A stretch of DNA of 64,000 bases from Pristiophorus japonicus. Lineage: Eukaryota. The notes under the pieces are model-generated. The model ran no database searches. It was not told the origin of the DNA and saw only the letters and a list, made by a program, of their open reading frames with translations. Shown piece after piece: positions 12,346 through 23,000 of the stretch; position 1 is the first letter of the stretch, and each line of letters opens with the position of its first letter. Made by a program: the position numbers and the translations under genes. The stretch spans positions 7,316,001 through 7,380,000 of the forward strand of contig NC_091995.1 of assembly GCF_044704955.1 (NCBI RefSeq). The letters are read 5' to 3'.

Positions 12346-12552
12346 GGAATGTGATTGGGTAGAATATATTGCTGGAACATGATTGGGTAGATTTTGTTGC
12401 TGGAATCTGATTGGGTAGAATTTTTTCTGGAATGTAATTGGGTAAAATGCTTTGCAGGAATATGATTGGTAGAATTTTTTGTTAGACTATGATTGGGTAG
12501 AATTTTTTGCTAGATTGTGATTGGATAGAATGATTTTGCACAATATGATTGG
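12346..12552. repeat. Degenerate tandem repeat of about 28 bp (ggaatrtgattgggtagaattttttgct), about 8 copies
   Basis: An attgg core (mostly gattgggtagaa) recurs at 27-29-bp spacing. Confidence 0.8.
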
Positions 12553-12686
12553 TTATTCATCAATGTAGAAAATAACCAAATAGAAAGGAGAAAAACACAG
12601 AGACTTAAATGTTAAACCAACACGGAAGAAGCAAATTGACAGAAAGACTCAATGTTCACACAGTAGAGGACAGTCACAACAGAACC

Positions 12687-12833
12687 AATAAGGGAATTAA
12701 GGGTTATGGGGAGCGGGCGGGTAAGTGGAGCTGAGTCCACGGCCAGATCAGCCATGATCTTATTGAATGGCAGAGCAGGCTCGAGGGGCTAGATGGCCTA
12801 CTCCTGTTCCTAATTCTTATGTTCTTATGTTCT
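12687..12833 (+). mobile_element. CR1 3' tail fragment
   Basis: gggttatggggagcgggcgg...gatcagccatgatc...ggcctactcctg...(ttcttatg)n. Confidence 0.85.
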
Positions 12834-12859
12834 GAAGTATTTCTGTGTAAGGTCTAGGC

Positions 12860-13485
12860 TGTAAGCACTGGGTGTTCATTTCTAGAGGAATTGAATTGGC
12901 AAGCAGGGACGCCATGTTAAACTTGCACCAAACCTTGGTAAGACCACACTTAGAGTGCTGTGCACAGTTCTGGTCTCCAGATTACAAAAAAGATACAGAC
13001 CTACTGGAGAAGGTACCAAAAGGATTGATGAGGATGATACCAGAACTGAGAGGTTATAACTATCAGGACAGATTGAATGGGCTGGGGATCGTTTCTTTAT
13101 ATGTTAGAAGGCCGAGAGGTGACCTGACAGAAGTCTTTAAAATAATGAAGGGGTTTGATAGAGTCGATGTAGAGAAGATGTTTCCACTTGTGGGGGAATC
13201 CAAAACCAGGGGGGAATAAATATAAGACAGTCACTAATAAATTCAGTCGGGAATTCAGGAGAAATGCCTTTACCCAGAGAGTGATGAGAATGTGGAACTA
13301 GCCACCACAGGGAGTGGTTGAGACACATAACATAGATACATTTAAGGGGAAGCTGGATAAGTACATGAGGGAGAAAGGGACAGAAGGATAGGGTGATCGG
13401 TGAGATGAAGCAGGATGGGAGGAGCCTCATGTGGAGCAGTTGGGCCAAATGGCCTGTTTCCGTGCTGTAAACTCGATGTAATTCT
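12860..13485 (+). mobile_element. CR1 3' fragment (RT C-terminus + 3'UTR)
   Basis: LVRPHLECCAQFWSP...RGDLTEVFKIMKG motif. Confidence 0.9.
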
Positions 13486-14023
13486 ACGTTTGTTGGTTTG
13501 GCAGATTCTTTCTGGCTCCAGTGAAGGGTGAAGATCAGCTCTCTGTCTGCACTGTGGCCCTACCAATCTCTAGCTGTTGGGAGCGTGCTGTGTAAAGGTC
13601 TGGAGGGAGATAGAATGTAGTCGAGCCATTTAGTGACTGTCGGTTGCAGGAAAGCTGAATGTTGCCTCCAGATGTTCCTTTGTGTCAGACTGAAGTAAGC
13701 AATGAGAAACAAGTGGTGGGACTGTTATTACTTTCTGGAAGTGAAGAGAGGATCTTATCAGAAGGATTTTTATCAATAAAAATAAGAAACCTTTGGAGAC
13801 TTCTTACTGAATGTTGTAGCTGTGGGTTGAGTGATGCAGGATAAGTTATTTTCTAGAATAGGATGCCATTTCTGGGGTATACCGTCCACAATACACGATT
13901 CCCCTCAGCCCCTGCGAGCAGCACTATGAGTAATTACATCCCTCCTGACAGGAGAGAGCTCTGGAGCCAACAGTCTCCATCACAATTGTGTTCGGTAACC
14001 AAGGTACCAAGTATACACTCAGT

Positions 14024-14590
14024 TAGAATCAGAGAATCAGAGAGTGGGACAGCACTGAAGGAGGCCATTCGGCCCATCGAGTCTGCACTGGCTCTTTCGA
14101 AGAGTAATCCAGTTAATCCCACTAACCCCTGCTCTTTCCCCATATAGCTGTAATTTGTTCTCCTTCAAGTATTATCCAATTTCCTTCGAAGGCGACTATT
14201 GAATCTGAATCCACCACCCTATCAGGCAGTGCATCCCAGATCCTAACTACTTGTTGCTTAAAGTTTTTCCTCATGTCGCCTCTGGTTCTTTTCCCAATCA
14301 CCTTAAATCTGTGTCCTCTGGTTCTCGACCCTTCTGCCAATGGGAACAGTTTCTCTCTATCTACTCTGTCCAGACACCCCATGATTTTGAACACCTCTAT
14401 CAAATCTCCTCTGCTCTCAGGAGAACAATCCCAGCTTCTCCAGTCTATCCACTAACTGAAGTCCTTCATCCTTGGAACCATTCTAGTAATTCTCTTCTGG
14501 AACCTCTCCAAAGCTTTCACATCCTTCCTAAATTGTGGTGCCCAGAATTGGACACAATACTCCAGCTGGGATCGAACTAGTGGTTTATAA
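14024..14590 (-). mobile_element. CR1 3' fragment
   Basis: IEVFKIMGCLDRVDREKLFP...TRGH; (agaatcag)n tail at the left end. Confidence 0.9.
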
Positions 14591-15712
14591 ACTAGTTAAC
14601 AATACAAGCTTCACCAGTCTCTCCACTGAAGCCCTACACCGCTTGTAAGACTTATCTTGTATAAGAACAGGTTTTTATCCTGTAAAATTTTGTCTTGTTC
14701 TTTTCACTAAACAGTCAAGACTTATTTACGACTTGACTCTACACTTTCAGAGTTCGAACTTGTGAGACAAAACAATGCAGACACAGGATGTTCCTTCACC
14801 ACCCCAATCCAGGGGTTATCTTTACTTAGAATAGTCAAAAGAAATACAAGCAACTTACTTGTGCATTAAATGTACAACAATTTCTTAATTATTAGCTCGC
14901 ACCAACCTATCCCGTTAAATCCCTGATAAGGGTTAAACTTGCCCATCCCCCAAGTGATTAATAGAAAACAAAGACCTTCACACCAGACCGTGGTTAGCGA
15001 TTGGAAATTAACTCCCTCATTCTCTTGGCACTAACCAGGTGCCAGTTCTGTTGCCTGCCGCAGTTCCTCCTATCTCCCGTGTTACACCCATTTTATATCC
15101 TTTTCTGGGACGTTTGACCACCGTGCAACTAATTGCTGAGTTTAAAACAAAGGAATATTCTTAAACAAATCCTTCCCATGAACAGATCTTCTCATTTCTT
15201 TATCACCATAGTTGGAGCTTTCTTCACAGTTCAGAGACAATTGAAGGACGTCTCTTAGGGCCTGTGAAAAATGTCTCTTCTCAGCTGTGCGATCTCTCAA
15301 ATGTTCATTAAAAAAAGGTCACTTGACTTTTGCAGAGCATTAAAAGAAATGGTCGTCATGTGTTCAACCATCTTGGAGCAGTTTGCAAGTATAGTTAATA
15401 GCATAAAAATGAGATGAAAAAATACACACTTTTATTTTAATATTTAAGATATCTGTAACCCTTCGAGGAAAAATTATTTTTGGTTTGAAAGGCGGAATTA
15501 CCGCAGGCTCAAAACAACATAAAATGGAGTGGGCCACACTGCAAAGTATGTCCCAGACACCCCCGGGAAATAAATGTCATGTCTTACCTATATTGTGAAA
15601 TTCCACACTCCCAACCTTTGCCTTTTGAACATTGGGCAGGCCGGGGTGCGGAATTTCCCAGGAGCACGGAAGTGGGAAGTGTTTATTTTTCCTTATGCAA
15701 TTATCTTTCAGT

Positions 15713-15808
15713 TAAGAACATAAAAAATAGGAGCAGGAGTAGGCCATTTGGCCCCTCGAGCCTGCTCCACCATTTAATAAGATCATGGCTGATCTGATCA
15801 TGGACTCA
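15713..15808 (-). mobile_element. CR1 3' tail fragment
   Basis: aagaacataaaaaataggagcaggagtaggcc...gatcatggctgatctgatcatggactc. Confidence 0.85.
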
Positions 15809-16011
15809 TGTTCTGAATGTCTTGCCTGAATTATCAGATGAGCCGAGTGTTTCAGCATTTTCTGTTTTTGGGTATTCCCGCAGTACCGGTTTCTACCAGC
15901 AGGTGGTCATATTGCACCATAAAACTATACAGCTCTCTGTACAGCTCGCCATCACCATCTCCCGGCTGAAAGCGGCATTACAGCGACCTGCAAGGGAACG
16001 TGAAACACTCT

Positions 16012-16100
16012 GGGGTGAATTTTCACTTTTACCACCGGGTGTTAGCGGATCAGCCGTCAGTTTTACACCCCACACGGCAGTAAAAGGGAACATCCAGCCC
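16012..16100. mobile_element. Tiny Harbinger-type MITE / imperfect palindrome
   Basis: Left end ggggtgaattttcacttttacc versus reverse complement of right end gggctggatgttcccttttactg; same GGG-start TIR style as the other MITEs. Confidence 0.45.
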
Positions 16101-16298
16101 TTTAAACCGAAGATTACCAAACTCCCGGTGTTTTTGAGGAGAGACAGTTTGTGTATTTCCCATCCCCAATGGTGCGTGGTGCTGAATACCTGAGGAATGT
16201 GCTCATTGTCAGAGCACACCTTATACCTGCTTTTTAATACAAAGGAGCGGGGCAGTGATGAGAAAGAGCTGGGATGGACTTGCTGTCGGATTTTACTT

Positions 16299-16304
16299 TT
16301 TATT
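16299..16304 (-). promoter_or_regulatory. Candidate polyadenylation signal AATAAA for the butyrophilin-like gene
   Basis: tttatt on the + strand, about 190 nt downstream of the TAA stop at 16492-16494. Confidence 0.5.
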
Positions 16305-16491
16305 TAAGTCTCCTCACATTTTATATTTGTATGGGTTGTATTTACAGTCTCATTGGGATCTTACAATGCATCATTTGGAAATTACATTTTCTAACTCCCG
16401 ACCCCTGACCTCTGCTCCTGACCCTATCCGCGCGGGGTCAAGTCATTGTGAGGTCATGGATGACGTGTGCCGGCCCGAGGCCCCGCCCCTT

Positions 16492-17024
16492 TTACAGACC
16501 CGGATCGGAACCGGAGCAGATTCTCAGCCACTTGTTCTCATCCCAAGTCCCGAAGAAAGGATAAAGTTTCTCCGGGAATTTATTCCCAGTGAAGGTGTGG
16601 AGATGGGACTTGGTGTCCGCGCTGTAAAATGTAACTGTCCCGGACTCGTAACTGAGATAAACTCCCACCTTCCCGGGGATCTGACCGGCAGGGAGAGGGG
16701 ATGGAGGGGAGGAGTTTACATTAAACTGATCATTGTACCGCTCGATGGTCCACAATCCATTCTCCGGGCTCAGTCTGACACATCGCTTCCTCTCCACAGA
16801 CTCTGCGGCGACTCCCAGTCTCCAGTACCGATTCCCCTCCACCTCCACCTCCCAGTAATGTCTCCCCGATGTGAATCCCTCCGATCCCAGCACACAGAGC
16901 CGGGCTGTAAACCTCTTCTCGGTGTCAGGGAGATTCCTCCGGGTCCCGGTCCGTCTCACACTCTTCAGATCCTCAGACACCTCGAGCCATGGATTCGCTG
17001 TTTCCACATCCAGGGTCACAGAGA
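16492..17024 (-). CDS. Terminal exon: B30.2 (PRY-SPRY) domain
   Basis: ctttttctcccag acceptor; VSVTLDVETANPWLEVSED...CVLGSEGFTSGRHYWEVEV...GKVGVYLSYESGTVTFY...LYPFF, then TAA stop. Confidence 0.93.
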
Positions 17025-20000
17025 CTGGGAGAAAAAGCAGAGAATTAGAGAGAGTCACTAGAGGACAGGGGGGAGAGAGTCACTCGGGGTCGACGGGAGG
17101 TCACTCGGGGTCGGGGGGAGAGAGAGTCGCGCGGGATCGCGGCACCGGGGGGGCCGCTCGGGGTCAGGGGGCGCCGCTCGGGGTCGGGGGGGAGTCCCTC
17201 GGGGTCAGGGGGCGCCGCTCGGGGTCGGGGGGGAGTCCCTCGGGGTCAGGGGGCGCCGCTCGGGGTCGGGGGGGAGTCCCTCGGGGTCAGGGGGCGCCGC
17301 TCGGGGTCGGGGGGGAGTCCCTCGGGGTCAGGGGGCGCCGCTCGGGGTCGGGGGGGGGGGGGGGGGAGTCCCTCGGGGTCGGAGGGGGAGCCGCTCGGGG
17401 TCGGGATTGGAAAATACATCTTCTGGCAGAGTTAAATCAGCTGGAGTAAAGCAGCTCTAACAAAATAAATATTTGTTCAGAAGATGTATTCTGATGAGCT
17501 GTTTCAGCAGTGACAGTAAAGTGTCCAGGAACTGTTCTTCAATTTGTATTATAAATATGTGGACAGTTGTATTGAATTGTGTAATGGTTCTGTACTTACC
17601 ATAATCTATATCTACTTCATCATATCCTGCCGAAACAAAAATATTTCACATCTTACACTTCTTGCTGACTGCCAGTTAAAACTATGAGCTGTATCTTCAC
17701 AGACTGAGAATAGGAACAAGGAATCCCCTCACTCAGTCTGCACCATTCTGCTGGGTTACAATCCAACGATTAACAAGACAGATCAAATGTTCTATTCATC
17801 TCAAAATAATCATCCCATTCAATGCAATGAAAAGACTGAGCTGCAGATTGAACACAGAGACTGGAATATTGGGAAGGGTTTACAGTATTTACATCTCATG
17901 TGATCAGCCCACAATTATTACATTCCAACTCTGCACCAATCACAAGTTGGGAGCTGAGAACCTGACAGCTCAACCCAACCATAATGCTGCTGTCACTTTC
18001 ACCTGTTTCTAGCTGGTTTTGGAGCAGATCCCCGTGACAACATGCAGCCTGGACTGACAGTCAAATGGTGGCTGCAGTGAGAGGCCTCTCTCTATTTTTG
18101 AATGGGTCACTGGGGAAGGTTAAGGAAATTAGGTGGGAGGGTCCCGTTCTGCTCAAGATAAGCTGTCTTCTGGAGGTTAACCAATCAGCAAAATTTCTCT
18201 ATCCCCTCCCTCAGTGAAGAAATAAATAAGCAGAGAAGTGTAAAGCGAGAGAACATTTCTGGTATAATTATGAAATACATTTACAGATTTAATTGATGTG
18301 AAACAATGGGGCTGAATTTGTAGGGGCCCCACAAGTTCCAGGTTTAGACATTCACTGCGTAATCGCTGAAACCCACAACTTGCGATCTGTCAAGAATCCT
18401 CGCCAGATCGTACGAATCCAAAAATAAAGGGCCTTTAAGGGCGGAGAGTTGGGCTATTTGCCCAAATTCTGCCCAGCAACTGTCCTTGAAATTCATACGT
18501 CTGGTAAAAGTAGGCACAAGACCTGCTCTAACCAGTGTAGGAGTGTAAAAACTTATTTCATGTGTTTGTGTATTTTCTTTTAAGTGATCCCCATTCACAC
18601 TTATGGGAGTTCGGTACAAGGAAATCCCATCAGTATGAATGGGGAGGGGATTCCCTTCTTTTATTGGTTGGGTAAGCCCATGTGATCTCGAGATATGCAG
18701 GCGTCTACTCATGTGTACCCGGAGAGGCTCAGGAGCGTGAATCTACGAACCACCAGGTAAATTTGCAGATTTTTTGCAGGTCGGAGTCATCTGCTCGTGG
18801 GAAACCTCCAACCACAATTTAGCCCCATTATTGTATTTCACTCAGTATTCTGCCCCCACACGTGAAGTGTAGTTTCCAAGAACAGATAGCAAAGAATAAT
18901 TAAATACTGATAGCAAAAAGGAAAGGACAGTATCTAACACATTGCACCATGGGGTTCCAAAGCTGAAAGGGACAGTATCTGATCCACTGCACTCCCCAGT
19001 CTCAAAGGTGAAAGGACAGTTGGAGTAAGCTAGGCGGCATATGTGGAGAAAAACACCAAAGGAAAGTTGATGGTTCTGTGATTTAACGGTCCAATATTTA
19101 CAGTGTCTGTAAATGCACCAATGGGTTGCAAAAATGAAAGGTCAGTGCCGAACCCAACACTCCACCCAAGCCCAAAGGTGAAAGTTCAATGCCTAACACA
19201 TTGCACCAACCAGCAGGGTGTTGTTCTAACTAAACAAGGTGTGAAGTTCACAGAAATGTAAAATGGTCAAGACCATTGGTGTACGCTTTTCAGGGAAAAT
19301 AAATGGGATTATAGAACTCTATCTTCAAAATTCCTGGATTCCCATGCAATGAAACTAATATTTTTATTCAGTCATTTAATCAGAGCCCTGAAATGATTCT
19401 TAAATTGCTTACCTTCTAAAGTGCAAAACAGCTGTAGTTCTGAAAATCAAGAACACAGGGATGTGTTAGTGTGAGAAATTCTGCAGCTCCTATATGGCTC
19501 AGAGACGTGGACCATATACAGTAGACACCTCAAATCGCTGGAGAAGTACCACCAGCACTGCCTCCGCAAGATTCTGCAAATCCGCTGGGAGAACAGACGA
19601 AACAACGTCAGTGTTATTGATCAGGCCAACATCTCCAGCATCGAAGCACTGACCACACTCGGCCAGCTCCACTGGGCAGGCCACATTGTTCGCATGCCTG
19701 ACATGAGACTCCCAAAGCAAGCGCTCTACTCAGAACTCCTACATGGCAAGCGAGCCCCAGGTGGGCAGAGAAAACGTTTCATGGACACCCTCAAAGCCTC
19801 CTTGGTAAAGTGCAACATCCCCACCGGCACCTCAGAGTCATTGGCCCAGGGCCGCCCTAAGTGGAGGAAGAGGCTCCGGGAGGGCGCTGAGCACCTCGAG
19901 TCTCATCGCCGAGAGCATGCAGAAACCAAACACAGACAGCACAAGAACATAAGAAATAGGAGCAGGATTCGGTCATTTGAGTCCTTCAGCCTGCTCCGCC

Positions 20001-23000
20001 ATTTAATAAGATCATGGCTGATCTGATCATGGACTCAGTTCCACTTTCCTGCCCGCTCCCCATAACACTTTATTCCCTTATCATTCAAAATTTGTCTATC
20101 TCCATCTTAAATATATTCAATGACCCAGCCTCCACAGCTCTCTAGGGCAGAGAATTCCACAGATTTACAACCCTCTGACAGAAGAAATTCCTCCTCATCT
20201 TAGTTTTAAATGGGTGACCCCTTAATCTGAGACTATGTCCCCTAGTTTTAGTCTCCCCTATGAGTGGAAATATCCTCTCTGCATCCAACTTGTCCAGCCC
20301 TCTCAATGGCCCAGACATTCCGGCCTCCCCGGGTCGGTACGGAGTTTCTACAGACCCGGAAAGGCACCGGAAAACCCAGTTTTCAGCGCACAATGAGCAT
20401 GCGCTGAAAACCAGCTTTTCCGATCCACCAAGCTCCTCCGCATCTCGGGAGCAAGGACATTTGCAAGAGCAAGATTGCGGTATTTACCCATATCTTGCCC
20501 AGCAAATGTCCTCAAAACTCTTGCGCCGGATAAAAGCAGGCGTACAGCCTATTGTTACAGGCGTAAGAGTCTTAAAACACACTTAAAATATAAAAAATAA
20601 AATTAAAAATACGCATTTTATTTTTAAAAACCCTGCCACTACGTTAAATTTATTTTAACCCATAATGAAAAAAACTTTGTAAAAACTCAAATTTTTTTTT
20701 TCTCCAAGATATTTATTAACTTTAATTTCAATTAATTTTAATTTTGTGAGGTGTGTTTTTTATTTTTTAATTGGTGTTATTGTGTTTGTTTTTTTCTCAA
20801 TTAATAGCAACGAGAACATATAGATATAGAGTTCCCATTGCTATTGAGAATACTGTACCTGATTGGTTGAGCAGTCCTTCTGCATCCGAACCTCGAGGAC
20901 GGGAGCGCACTTCGCAGTGCGGGATGATAGGGCCTCCCCACCGGAATTCCAGGCGTCTCCGGGACCGCCAGGTACTTTCCGAAAAATTCTCCGGTCGGAG
21001 GCAATTGCCCGCGGGAAGCCTCCGACCGGAATTTCAGGGCCATTATCTTATGGGCCAGAAATCCCTGTTTCTTCTTCCCGCAGGCATTGGATTAAAAAGA
21101 AAAGAAAAGATGTGCACTTACCTTTTGGTCGAATGCCCGCCAGAGATCCCGGACTCGAGGCCTCTTCTTGCGCAACGGAGCGCATTCACGTCGGGACACT
21201 CAATGCAGGAAAAGTATTTTGTCATTCATAGTAATAGGAGTTTTGTAAGTCCGAAAGTCCTATTACTTTGAATGGGAAACACACCCAAACACGACATAAA
21301 ATATAAAAAAACACCTCACATAAATACACTATAGAAATTAAAGTTCATAGAAATGTTTTTTAAAGAAAAAAAATTTGCCGATTTTTAAAAAAAGTTTTAA
21401 TTATGGTTAAAAATAAATGTAATGTAGCAGGGCAGGATTTTTAAAAAATAGGATGTTTTTTTTTTAAATTGAATTTAATTATATTTTTGCATGTTTTTAA
21501 ACTCTTACGCCTGTAAAAGTAGGCTATGCGCCTGCTTTTATCAGGCACAAGAGTTTTAGGGACATATGGGTATGCAATCTTGCCCTTTGCAAATGTCCTC
21601 ATTCCCAAGATACGGAGGATCTATCAAGCCAGAAACGCATTACGCACTGAAAACCGACTTTTCCGATGCCTTCCATGGTCCGTAGAAACTCCGTACAGAC
21701 CCGAGAGGTCGCGATTTCTGGGCCAATATGTTTCGATAAGATCATCTCTCATTCTTCTGAACTCCAATGAGTATAGACCTAACTTACTCAACCTATCTTT
21801 ATAAGTCAACCCCCTCATCTCTGGAATCAACCTCGTGAACCTTCTCTGAACAGCCTCCAATGCAAGTATATCCTTCCTTAAACACGGAGACCAAAACTGC
21901 ACGCAGTACTCCAGGTGTGGCTTTACCAATAACCTGTACAGTTGTAGCAGGACTTCTCTGCTTTTATACTCCATCCCCCTTGCAATAAAGGCCAACATTC
22001 CATTCGCCTTCCTGACAACTTGCTGTACCTGTATGCTAACTTTTTGTGTTTCATGCACAAGGACCCCCAGGTCTCTCTGTACTGCAGCACTTTGCAATTT
22101 TTCTCTATTTAAATTATAATCTGCTTTTCTAGAACATCGCATTTTCCCACATTATACTCCATCTGCCAAATTTTTGCCGACTCAGTTAGCCTGTCTATAT
22201 CCCTTTGCAGATTTTTTGTGTCCTCCTCACAATTTGCTTTCTCACCCATCTTTGTATCATCAGCAAACTTGGTTACATTACACTCAGTCCCTTCATCCAA
22301 GTCATTAATATAGATTGTAAATAGTTGGGGACCCAGCACCGATCCCTGCAGCACCCCACTAATTACTGTTTGCCAACCGGAAAATTACCTATTTATCCCG
22401 ACTCTGTTTTCTGTTAGTATGGATTGAGGATTGGCTAACTAACATATTACCCTCAACCCCGTGAACTTTTATCTTGTGCAGTAACCTTTTATGTGGCACC
22501 TTATCAAATTCCTTCTGGAAATCCAAATACACCACATCCACTGGTTCCCCCTTATCCACCCTGCTCGTTAGATCCTGAAAGAACTCCAGCAAATTTGTCA
22601 AACATGATTTCCCTTTCATAAAACCATGCTGACTCTGCTTGATTGAGTCATGCTTTTCCAAATGTTCCACTACAGCTTCCTTAATAATGGACTCCAGCAT
22701 TTTCCCAATTACAGATGTTAGGCTAACCGGTCTATAGTTTCCTGCTTTCTGTCTGCCTCCTTTTTTAAATAGGGGCATTACACTTGCGGTTTTCCAATCC
22801 GCTGGGACCTCCCCAGAATCCAGGGAATTTTGATAGATTACAACCAATACATCCAAATATCTCTGCACTTCTTTTAGGACCCTTGGATGCAAGCCATCAG
22901 GTCCAGAGGACTTGTTCACTTTTAGTCCCATTATTTTACCGAGTACTACTACTTTAGTAGTAGTGATTGTACTAAGTTCTTCCCTCCCTATAGCCCCTTG

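Noticed and set aside
14761-15428. Possible solo ERV LTR (TGT…ACA with reversed TATA-like tttatatcc)
   Set aside because: No matching TSD, no second copy, and no PBS or PPT; cannot be supported.
16255-17449. Plus-strand ORFs of 268 and 192 aa
   Set aside because: Antisense shadow of the B30.2 exon and of the GC repeat; no recognisable motifs.
17478-17520. Hammerhead ribozyme (stem followed by CTGATGA)
   Set aside because: No GAAA after the putative stem II and no stem III/UH cleavage site in the correct place.
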